From Atractiella rhizophila (lineage: Eukaryota), in the NCBI GenBank assembly GCA_021432655.1, contig MU271395.1:46121-66120 (forward strand): a stretch of DNA of 20,000 nt, given 5' to 3'. Shown here piece after piece: positions 10,716 to 20,000 of the stretch. The notes below the pieces were generated by a model. It made no database searches and had not been told where the DNA came from. It worked only from the letters and a program-made list of their open reading frames with translations. Both the position numbers and the translations under genes were made by a program. Position 1 is the first letter of the stretch, and the number at the start of each line of letters is the position of its first letter.

Positions 10716-11383
10716 CCCAACGAAGCCTCAGCTGGCGGAAGTCCGCTCTCTCCTTCCGCCTCGTACCAGTCATTGTCGTACGAGAACCATCCCTTTGCCA
10801 GACCCCGGGCTGGTATCACACCTGAGCTTTCGTCAGGCAGTTCCTCGAGCCGGGCTAGTAGCAGCCTTTTCAGCCCAAGCAGCGCTGTGAGGAGCAGTGT
10901 TCATTCCACGGATGGGGAAACCGACGATTCGCAGAATCTTAATAAGAGAAATGTCTATTCAGATTGGATCCCCCCAGCTGGATCACAGCCCTCCTCCGTT
11001 AATTATCACAGTCAAGAGGGTTCTATCGGCGAGGCGGAGGAGGCTCGTCAGGATGGCACTGGCATGGTCGGTCTTGGTATCACCTCGGATGAGGCGGTGG
11101 AAAAGGCAGATGATGGCCAAAGAGTTTCTGCTCAACGGAGAAGGGGTTGGTCGTTGTCCCAGACGGGGGGGATGACCGCGTTGGATATGAGGAGAGCAAG
11201 CATTCGCGGTGGATTATCTCAACCACAGCTCAAGACATTGCAAGCTAGGTTGGAGAAAGCCGAAGAGCAAGCTTTAGGGAAATCTGGATATATTCCGGTC
11301 CCCTCATCGAATCTGCAGCCCCTTTTATCTCCTTTCGTCGAGATGCCGAACGAGAAAGAGTACGACTTCCCGCCGACGATCCC
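10716..11383 (+). repeat. 668-bp direct repeat of 5887-6554
   Basis: Same sequence at offset 4829. Differences seen: TCC/TCG (Ser), ACC/AAT (Thr/Asn) and GCT/GCG (Ala). Confidence 0.97.
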
Positions 11384-14300
11384 CCGCAAGGCGTTGGCGA
11401 GGTCCAACACCAATCCACACACCACTACCCTCTCTACTCTCTCGAGCGAATCGCAGCGATTGTCGTCCTACTCAGGCAACTCGTACGAGCCTTCATATAC
11501 CTCGTCTCGCGAGCATCATGCAGACGGAGAAACGGATGATGACGACGACATTGATCCCTATCCACCAATTGACCACCTCCCAAATATTGACACGGAGAAC
11601 TATAGCCTCGAAGTTCCTGTGCTCAAGCATGGAGTGATCAAAGCAGAACCCACTGCTGTGGTTGTCGCAGAGGAGGGTAGAGCCGTCATCGCCGACAAAT
11701 CTGGAGAGTCTCTGTTTGGGGTTCGTTTGACTGATGGTACTGTTCCTCTCTTACATGCTTTTTCCGTGTGCTAACGTTCTTACATAGGCACAACGCATTT
11801 GCTGCTTCGTCACACACAAACACCTGATTTGGTCATTCCTTGCTTGATGGATGCTATTCCTTTGATCACTCAAACCCTACTAGTCTTAGACATTTCGTAA
11901 GTGTCTAACTCTTCCGGGCACTGGATCTGACCCAATCCCCTAGCTCCTGTCAGCTTCTGGAAGTCCCCAAGATTCTTTCGTCCTGCCAGGCTCTTGAGGA
12001 GCTAAATGTTTCTTCAAACCCACTCGACTGCCTGCCATCTTTTCTCAACAGAATTACTTCTCTGCGAGTTTTGATGGCCGACAAATGTGGACTGATCACT
12101 CTTTACAACGACCTCAGCGACCTCCAGAATCTCCATACCATCTCACTCAATGACAATGCACTCAGAGCTCTTCCAGCCTGGCTCTGTCAACTAGCATCTC
12201 TAGAGCATCTCTTCTTGGACGGAAACGCGTTCCAGTCGGAATGGCAGAAACTAATCAGACCCGTTCTACTGAGGCGAGACGAGCGCAGTAACTCGACCAA
12301 CACGGATTTTGCCTCCTTCCCTAGCTCTAATACGATGTCATCTGCTTCCTCCATCTCCGACGGTTCGATTTCTCAGGGCGAACAATCGCCTCCACCTTCT
12401 TCTGGTTACCTGGAAAAGCCTGCTTCACCAGCTCGAAGTCGATTGATGTCGTTTGGTCGAGCTAAAGCCCGTCCTGAGCTACCTTCTGTCGCGTCGAGCC
12501 CATCCATAGAGAGGATGCCTGCACCGCAGCCGAAAAGAATGAGAAGTTACGGTGATATGGACCTCAATTTGTCTACGTCCTCTGTCGGCAGCTCGCCCCG
12601 CGAGTCCATGATTGAAGTCAATTCTCAACTCAGCTCAGGGGCTAACTCTCCCATCGCGCCAAGCGCTTCGATACGCTCCCTCAACAACTCGATCCCGTCT
12701 ACTCCGTCTCCTCTCGCTAGCGTGCAACCAATCACATTCGAAGGGGACGAGGGCGATAAGGATGGGAAAAAGCGAAAGTGGGGCTTCCTCAAGAAGATGA
12801 GTATGACCACAATGAACAAGCATCCAGAGCCTCGTTCAGCCAGGCCGCATCGACACAACGATGAAGGTCGAACGGCGTCCGACTCATCTAGCTCCTATCC
12901 TCGTTCTGCCAGAGGAAATGGCTCTTTGCTTGGTCGTCCAAGAGCAGGGAACAGAAATTCACAGCTGATCGTGGAAGAAACAAAGACTTTGAATAAACGT
13001 CGAAGTTTCCTCCTCCTGCACAACAACACTAGAGCTGTCACCCCAGAGCCAGCAACTCCCGACGCTTCTTCAGATAGCAATGTGGTGGATTACAAAGCTG
13101 GACTGAAAGCCATCATTGCTTATCTACAGGATCTCAATGATCTGACTCCAGCTCCTGGAGGACCAGTTCACCGCAACACTCAGGCATCAGCCTCATCGCC
13201 AAACCTTTCCGCATTGGCCTCAGGTAATGCGTCCCAGCCTTTGCTAAGGAATCCTTCTTCCCGTAGAGGCACGGATGCTATGGGCTCTTTCGACAGCTCC
13301 GGAAGGTCCACGCCAACGCCTAACGAAATACAAAAGGAACCAGCGATCAAATGCAAGGAAGATGCAGCACGTAGGGAGAAGATTCTCGAGGAAGTGCTCA
13401 GTAGCGAGCGCACCTATCTTCGCCAACTGAAAGAAATGGTGGATATCTACGTAAAGGAGGCCGAAAAAGAGGTTGCAGTCAGTAGCACTGGCAAGAAAGA
13501 GCCTGTGGTTCCGATCGCAGAGAGACGAACCATATTCGGCAACATCGACAACATCATTCACTTCCATGAGTCTGTCTTTTTGCCGAACCTCGAATCAGCG
13601 GTGGAGATTCTGTTTATAAAGCGTAAAGCGGGCGATACAGTCGATACAGCCTTCATTCGTTTCATGGCGGACCAGGTCGCTCGCGTCTTTACCCAACATT
13701 CTGCCTTTTTCAAGTGCGTATACCACTTCGCTCCGTTTTGTGCTCATAGTGATCACAGGCTCTATGCTCCATACATCAACAACTTTGATCTGGCGCTGTC
13801 CCGTTTAAAGGCGTGGAATGCCCCCAAGTCTCCGCCGCCACCGACATCTTCCAGCAGCTACAGCATGGCAAAATCTGTTTCGTCAATGGGTGCGGCTGTC
13901 AGCTTGGGGATGTCGGGCATCACAGAACAGAACAGCAGCATGCCGTTGTCTGAAAGTCAGAAAAAACGACTCAAGGGATACTTGAAAAAGTGCAAAGCTG
14001 ATCCACGTCACACTCAAGTGTCGTTGGAGAGCTACCTTCTACTTCCCGTTCAACGCATCCCTCGGTACAAACTCCTCCTCGAGAACCTTCTGTCTTGCAC
14101 TCCAGTGGACAACAAATCACTGATGCCTGACCCAGTCATCAAGGAAGCTGCTGATATCATTGCAGAGATCACTGCTGACATGAATGAGAGAAAAAGGGAG
14201 AGTGAATCACGACATCGATTAGTGAGCACGTCGCAATTCTGCTAATCTTGGTTAATGTGTTTCTTCAGCTCTTCTGGCAACAGCGTATTCGCAATAGATT

Positions 14301-14870
14301 CCGCTCACCGCTCGTTCAACCCCATCGACGGATGATGAAAGAGGGCACAGTCGTACTTATGAGGGTGCTAAAACGAAGATCGCAATACGTTGATGTTGGG
14401 CAACAGTCCTCGGCCGGGGACGTGAACTCCAATTCTGGGACCCTCCCAAGTGGCGAGCGAAGCCTTATACAGGTCAACTCGTTGGAAGTGGAAACTGAAA
14501 CTAGACGTCTGGTATGGCCATGGAACCTATTGTGACTTATCTCACGTCGGAGATAGATTGCCCTCTTGTGCAGTGACATTCTTGTTCTGTGCAAAGAGCC
14601 AGAAGATGGAATGGATGGCACTGGTCCCGTCGATCTCTACACCGTCATTCGTCTCAGTCCCACTCCGGGGGTTAAGTCAGTTCCAGCTAGCATGTTTGGC
14701 CCAGCTGGTTCCAGTATGAATCTCATGCCATCTAGCGTATCGCGCAAGCTAACTCTGGTCTCACAGTGATCCGCTTGGTGGATAGCCGAGCGATTTTGTA
14801 CCTCAGCTGTCCTTCCCATGCCGAAGCTCTCACATGGGTCGAGTCGATCAATCTTCAGATGCAATCGTAA
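10716..14870 (+). CDS. Leucine-rich repeat + RhoGEF (DH) + PH domain protein; this copy lacks the first ~75 codons
   Basis: Exons are 10716-11736, 11788-11896, 11944-13713, 13759-14221, 14269-14511, 14557-14713 and 14767-14870. LRRs: LLVLDISSCQL, LEELNVSSNPL, LHTISLNDNAL, LEHLFLDGNAF. DH: RREKILEEVLSSERTYLRQL, IFGNIDNIIHFHE, LYAPYINNF, SLESYLLLPVQRIPRYKLLLENLL. PH-like C-terminus: LLCSDILVLCK...AEALTWVESIN. Confidence 0.92.
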
Positions 14871-15633
14871 TTTAGAACTCCCAATCTCCCATTTCTTTCA
14901 ACTTTCAGTAAAGCATCTAGTTGTTTCAGATCCAAAGCAGCTCTAACGGCCTGTTCAATTCACACATCAGCAGATATCCTTTTGTATCAACAGCTTAAAA
15001 CATCCGATCTTCAAAATTCTTGATTATTTGAGAAAAAACATAGATGATATACTCTTTGGTTATTCACCTTCGGTTTTCAGACTATAGTACCAGTATATCC
15101 ATCCCTGTTCTTGTTTACTCTGTGTTGCGCTACACTCTTTCCTCCCATTTTAGTTTCTGTGGGCTCAGTTGAAACCATATACTATTGGTCCTGAAGTTGT
15201 CCACATATATATTCATTCCGTCTTACACTTTCTTATTTCAAGATTGATACTTACGTTCCTTTTTGTTGTTCGATTTAGCTGTATTCCTCCAAAAGAGGAT
15301 TAACCTTCTCTCTCCTCTCTCTCCTCTCTTGAGTACGCTGTTGACTCGCAACCCAGTCGTCCTTCACTTCTTCCATCCACTCTCCCAGCTTCAGTCCATC
15401 ATTTATTCGACTCTTTTTCAGGTGATGTAGTTGTCTCTCTTTCGGGTGCATGAGATGCAATCAAATCAAGTTCAAAAATCGAGCTTCGAGCTTGGAGAGG
15501 AAGAACTGGAGAGAGTGGAGTGGAGATCGTAGTCATACATTAACATGAGGCTCCCTCGAAACAAAATGGGAGACACGGTGATTTGTTATTCCCAAATATG
15601 TGGTCAGTTTCTGACAACATAACGATCCTGCCT

Positions 15634-16362
15634 TTAGCAACAGGAGGCTCCCACCTCTTGGACTTCTGCTTGGCCTGTGAGAGTGTCTCTGGCGAATGTA
15701 AGATAGCCAAATCCAGCGCCTTAGTGCAAATGTCAACTTGGAGTACGGTAAAGAGAAAACGGACGGACCGAAGAATATTGCGAAGAGGATGATGACGTTA
15801 AAGTACATCCCCAAAAGCATGAGAAGGAACGCAACCGTGAATTGGACCGTGAACAAGAATGCACGGATTGAGTGCTCGAAAAGCGTTGGCTCGAATGTGA
15901 TCACTGATGGGAGATTGCTGTCCCTTGTTGCGTTGAAAAGCTCAGTCCTCATGCCACCACAGAAGGAGAAGCTAAAGCTCACCGCTTGTTGAGGGAAGTC
16001 ACGGAAGATGAATCCTTCACGACGGCTGAGGTGGCGTTCTTCTTCTTTCGCACGATGTAACGATCGAATTCCCTCATCGATCGCCGAACGCCTTCGACGA
16101 GGAATGCCATGAGGAAGATACCGATGAAGGTAAAGGCAAATGCAGCTGTGATCTGTCAGCATGGGATGTCTGCTTGAATGCATTGCGCACTTTTGGAGCG
16201 AATATGCCAATCTCGCGAGAGGAAGCAGGCGTCCTCGACGTACCAGTTGAACAGCATGCTAATCTGTTATCGTCACAATCAATGAGTAATTGACGCTGTA
16301 AATACAGTTGTGGGAAGACTCACTTTGCAGGCATGGCCGCTTCCGTCACCACCCATATCCAT
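15634..16362 (-). CDS. Ctr family copper transporter (Ctr3/Ctr4-type high-affinity), 5 exons
   Basis: Spliced product: MDMGGDGSGHACKISMLFNWYVEDACFLSRDWHIRSKTAFAFTFIGIFLMAFLVEGVRR...EHSIRAFLFTVQFTVAFLLMLLGMYFNVIILFAIFFGAGFGYLTF...GASCC*. It has the CKISMLxNW motif, MxxxM in TM2, GxxxG in TM3 and a C-terminal CC. Confidence 0.93.
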
Positions 16363-16550
16363 TTTGCTACGTGAGAATTTGAGAACTGAGAATTGAGAAC
16401 TGCAGGAGAGGCTGGAGAAACTGTCAGGAGCTTCTGGAGATTGCGCATGCAAGAGGGCCTCTTTTATGGCCAAGTCGAGAAGGTTGGACGCTCCCGGATC
16501 AAGTCAGAACATCGATGTTCCCATCGTTGTTCCGAAACGGAGCTAGCTGA

Positions 16551-16558
16551 TGAGCAAA
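16551..16558 (-). promoter_or_regulatory. Copper-response element (TTTGCTCA, Mac1/Cuf1-type) upstream of the Ctr gene
   Basis: tgagcaaa on + is TTTGCTCA on -, about 190 nt upstream of the Ctr ATG. A near match (agagcaaa) lies at 16658-16665 and a second exact TTTGCTCA lies on + at 17147-17154. Confidence 0.5.
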
Positions 16559-17343
16559 CAATGAATGGAAGGAACGGAGGAGCATAGTCCTCCCTGCTCC
16601 CGTTGAGAGAGGCAAGCAAGTTGTAAAATATCCAGTCTATCATTCGAAATTAGAGCAAGAGCAAAAATGTCTCTCATCTCAAAGAAACAAGAGGCCTTTG
16701 TGCTATTGGAATATCTAATGAAAACTGCACCGCCATCCTGATGAACATCTCCTCTTATCAATGGGTTACATATCATATGACGGGCAATTTATCGGCAACT
16801 CTACTTGGAGAGCAGCAGCCCCGTCACGATCCGTTGTGCGCGCTTCGATCTCATAAGCCATAACTTCTTTCGTTAGTTAGACTTGTCCATTCCGTCCTTA
16901 ACCCAGATGAAGGAAGGGAGAAAGAAACTGCAAACACTAATTGGAGGTGACATCCTATGGCATATTCTATAGCTGTGGATTGAGCTTGAGGCCACCGCAA
17001 AAATCGCGCAGAGGGTCTTCTGCTGCATCCGCCCACTGCAAGCATACGGTGCATCTTCCAACATTTGGCGAGAAGCCTAACCGTCAAAAGGAAAAGCATA
17101 CATCAACGCCGAATGACAGAGAAAATGCAAACCTTCTTTCTCCCCTTTTGCTCAAGCGCCAACCACGACGGTCGTGATGGGTAGACTAAGTGAACGCTTG
17201 GAGGTATAAATATTTAGAGACTATGCGAGTACCGATACAGACACATAAGCTTTATCCTCTTCTATATCAGTGTTCATTCGAGCTGGAGGAAACATTGGAC
17301 GTACCACTTCAATCACTTCACTGAGAGGTAGCAATGGGCTCTT

Positions 17344-18743
17344 CTAAAGGAAATAATCCAGCGGCACCGCTTTCGCCGGTATTTTTCTTGCATCCTAGGA
17401 CCCCCAAAATATCGTCAGTGAGTCGAATGAGAGGAGATTTGGGGAATGAAGAAGTGGAAACGAACGAGAGGAGCTGCATCAAAGGTCTTGAAGGTTTTTT
17501 CGAGGGAATCATCAAACGAGAGAATGGAGGCGACATTCCCACACCTTGCTATCCTTTGTCAGTCATTCATTATTCTGAAGATGAAACAGCCTACCGATAG
17601 CAATAGTTAGGCGCCGACCATACTGTTACAAGGCGACGGTCAAACTGCATCTTATAGCCTTCCATCACCTGTAATCGTCGTCAGGATATGAAAGCATCTG
17701 AAGAAAGAGAAGTGGGAAGAGGAGAGAGCGGCTGACAAGCTGGTGCGCTCGAGCAATTAGTTCTAGATTGTTGTCATGCACGAACTTGTGGCACACATCC
17801 GCTCCAAACACATATCCCGCTCCACGCGGAGAGATGCTCCATCCTTTGATATCTGCTCCAGCACGAGTATCACCATCGGAGAAAGAAGTGCGAGGGAAAA
17901 GATACCTTCTGGGTCTGACCATAGGAGATCACACATTGAGCCGTCGTGTGGAACCTCTTGTTTGCGATCAATGAGGACGATCTATAATCAGTCAGTCACC
18001 ATTAGCACATGAATTCAATCAAGGAAGAGAAGAGCACACTTGATCCACGCTCTGCACGCTCGGGCTCAATCCACCATGGACACATAGCACCTCCTCCTGA
18101 ATCAAGGCCGCAAGTGGTAAGGTAATCGAAGACTTCACAGCAGTACCTCCAGACGCTACTGCTGCCGTATTTTCGAACGCATTCGTCGTAGAACCCATAG
18201 ACTTGCGTTATTTGCCGCGATTCGTGGTTTCCTCTGATGAGTGTCATCCGGTCGGGATAGCGCACTTTGAGGAGAAGGAGGAGGAGGAAGGTCTCGACAC
18301 TGTAGTGACCGCGGTCGACAAAATCACCTGAAGTATATACACATGTGAGCGATGTGAATAGAGGGAAGATGAAGTGAAGATTGACGGACCCATGAATAAG
18401 TAATTGGTATCTGGACACATCCCTCCTGTCCGGAAGAGCTCCATTAAATCCTGAAACTGTCCATGTATATCGCCGCAAATCTATTCGTTCCCTTTCATAA
18501 GCATTCAGACCAGAGGCGCTTAGACCGGAGAAGGGACACGAACAGTGATTGGAGCCTGGACGCGCTCGACATTGCCTTCTTCGATCAAAATCTCCCTCGC
18601 CTTCAGACACAACTCTTTCACCTCCGTCTCCGATATTGGTTCGCAACGCTTCAGCTGTTCTATCTGCCTGTACACCCGCCTCTTCTTCAGAGGCTAGAGT
18701 CTCACAAGGACAAAGAAACTCACCTGTCAATGTCGGAAGACAT
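17344..18743 (-). CDS. PPH3: Serine/threonine protein phosphatase 4 catalytic subunit (PP2A-like PPP family); one apparent +1 frameshift near 18120
   Basis: Spliced product: [34 protein letters not shown]...ICGDIHGQF...GDFVDRG...[39 protein letters not shown]...CVHGGLSP...[22 protein letters not shown]...[10 protein letters not shown]...RAHQLVMEGY...[13 protein letters not shown]...LDYFL*. The DRQIEQL, KYGS..VWRYC and [11 protein letters not shown] segments match PP4 better than PP2A or PP6. Confidence 0.92.
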
Positions 18744-18767
18744 GGTCGCCGTTTTGAGAGGTGGAAC

Positions 18768-18777
18768 ATCACGTGAT
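18768..18777. promoter_or_regulatory. Palindromic E-box ATCACGTGAT in the short divergent promoter between the PP4 and zf-HIT genes
   Basis: Perfect 10-bp palindrome containing RTCACGTG (Cbf1/bHLH-type site) in a ~115-bp intergenic region. Confidence 0.4.
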
Positions 18778-18857
18778 ACGAAGAACGCGAAAATCGCCCA
18801 CACCTTCAATTGTTTGTCAGGTCGATGCTAACTTGAGAGCGCGGTTACAACGCAAGG

Positions 18858-20000
18858 ATGGATGCACGAAAGGGCCCCCAGACGTCACTTCTATCACTTT
18901 CCCTGCGCCCACGAACGGCCATCTCCAGCCAGCGGAACCACATCAGTTTTCTTCTCCTCAACCGCTCGGTTCTTCTTCCTCTGCCACCTCAACATGCCTT
19001 CTGTATGTCATGTTTCTCCCTGGTGTGCCCAGATGCTGACTACAAATAACGCTAAAAGGTGTGCGAAGAACGAGTCCCGATATATCTGCCCAAACTGCAA
19101 CGTCCCCTACTGCTCTCTCGCTTGTTTCAAGGGAGAGAAACATCTCAAGTGCTCAGAGAATTTCTATCGAGATTCAATAGCGCGGGAAATTGAGAACGAT
19201 GGCAAAAGGACGAAAGAGGAGAAGGTGGCGATGATGAATATCTTGAAGAAATTCGAGGACGCTTCCTCTCGGATTCGGGATCAGAAGGCGATGGAGAAGA
19301 GCGAGAGGTGGAAATAGGGGAAAGAGGAGGAGCTTCTAGGAATGCTTTCGAAGGAGGAGAGGGAGAGGTGGGAGCGAATGCTATCAGGAGACTCAGCCGG
19401 GGAGGAAGAGTTGCGGAAGCTTCTGGAAGAGGAGAGGGAGGAATTGGAGCCTTGGTGGGTTGACGATAAAGAAGGGAAGCGTCCAACTCTTCGCCTGAAG
19501 GAATGGATGCGATTTTGGAACGCGAGGCTCCTCATTTAACATACAATATCCTCTACGTATTGTACTTCTTCCTTGCTACCACGTCGAAGCACTTACTGAC
19601 CGACTGCGGTGGACAGATTGTGTTATGTTTATATCCACCGCTCATCTCCCTCCCCCTCCCTCCCCCTCCTGCGCCCACTCGCTCCCTTCCTCTTCTCCTC
19701 CACCGACCGCCCTCCACGGCTCTCTAAAATTCGCCATCTCCTCCTTCCGCTCATAGCACAAATCACCGAAGATCAGCTGCTCCATCTCCTCCTCACCGAC
19801 CTCTACCGATTACTCGAGCAAAAGGAACGCGCACGCAGAGGATTGGGCGAGATATGGAGCTGGATGGTAGATGAGAAAAAGGGAGAGGGAGAGAAAGAAA
19901 GTCGAGTTTTTCCTTGGTGTTTAGATGGTTGGAAGCAGCAGAAGTGGCTGGAGGTGAGAACGGAACTAGAGGAGGAATTGGAGTTGGGGAAAAAAGGAAC
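18858..20000 (+). CDS. HIT-type zinc finger protein (ZNHIT2-like), running past the window end; several apparent frameshifts
   Basis: Removing intron 19003-19058 gives TCLLCAKNESRYICPNCNVPYCSLACFKGEKHLKCSENFYRDSI, resembling the ZNHIT2 pattern RYxCPxCNxPYCSLxC...CxENFYRD. Later segments include LLGMLSKEERERWERML, LEPWW and HLTYNILYVL. The start at 18858 needs a 1-nt correction. Confidence 0.8.

Noticed and set aside
5887..11383. LTR retrotransposon bounded by the 668-bp direct repeats
   Set aside because: The repeats are RhoGEF coding sequence with no TG..CA ends, and there is no gag/pol between them.
18110..18130. Programmed ribosomal frameshifting in PP4
   Set aside because: There is no slippery heptamer, and neighbouring sequence shows indel-type errors, so a sequence error is simpler.

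Overview
Eukaryotic, intron-rich fungal DNA (short GT-AG introns with CTAAC/CTGAC branch sites; basidiomycete-like, inferred). Genes: an alpha/beta hydrolase (-), a probable hypothetical protein (+), an LRR-RhoGEF(DH)-PH gene present as two overlapping pieces (5662-6554 and 10716-14870), a DUF4246 gene plus a DUF4246 pseudogene fragment (-), a Ctr copper transporter (-), the PP4 catalytic subunit (-) and a ZNHIT2-like zf-HIT gene (+). The striking feature is that 6580-9069, directly after a 25-N gap, is written backwards without being complemented. Read right to left, 8171-9069 reproduces 19103-20000. The base-by-base complement of 6580-8011, read left to right, is the missing 3' part of the DUF4246 gene and joins in frame at 9070. 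No six-frame translation can see this. The most likely cause is a gap-filling or assembly error rather than biology. Undoing the reversal suggests a roughly 12.5 kb tandem segmental duplication (or two stitched haplotypes) with a junction at 10715/10716.
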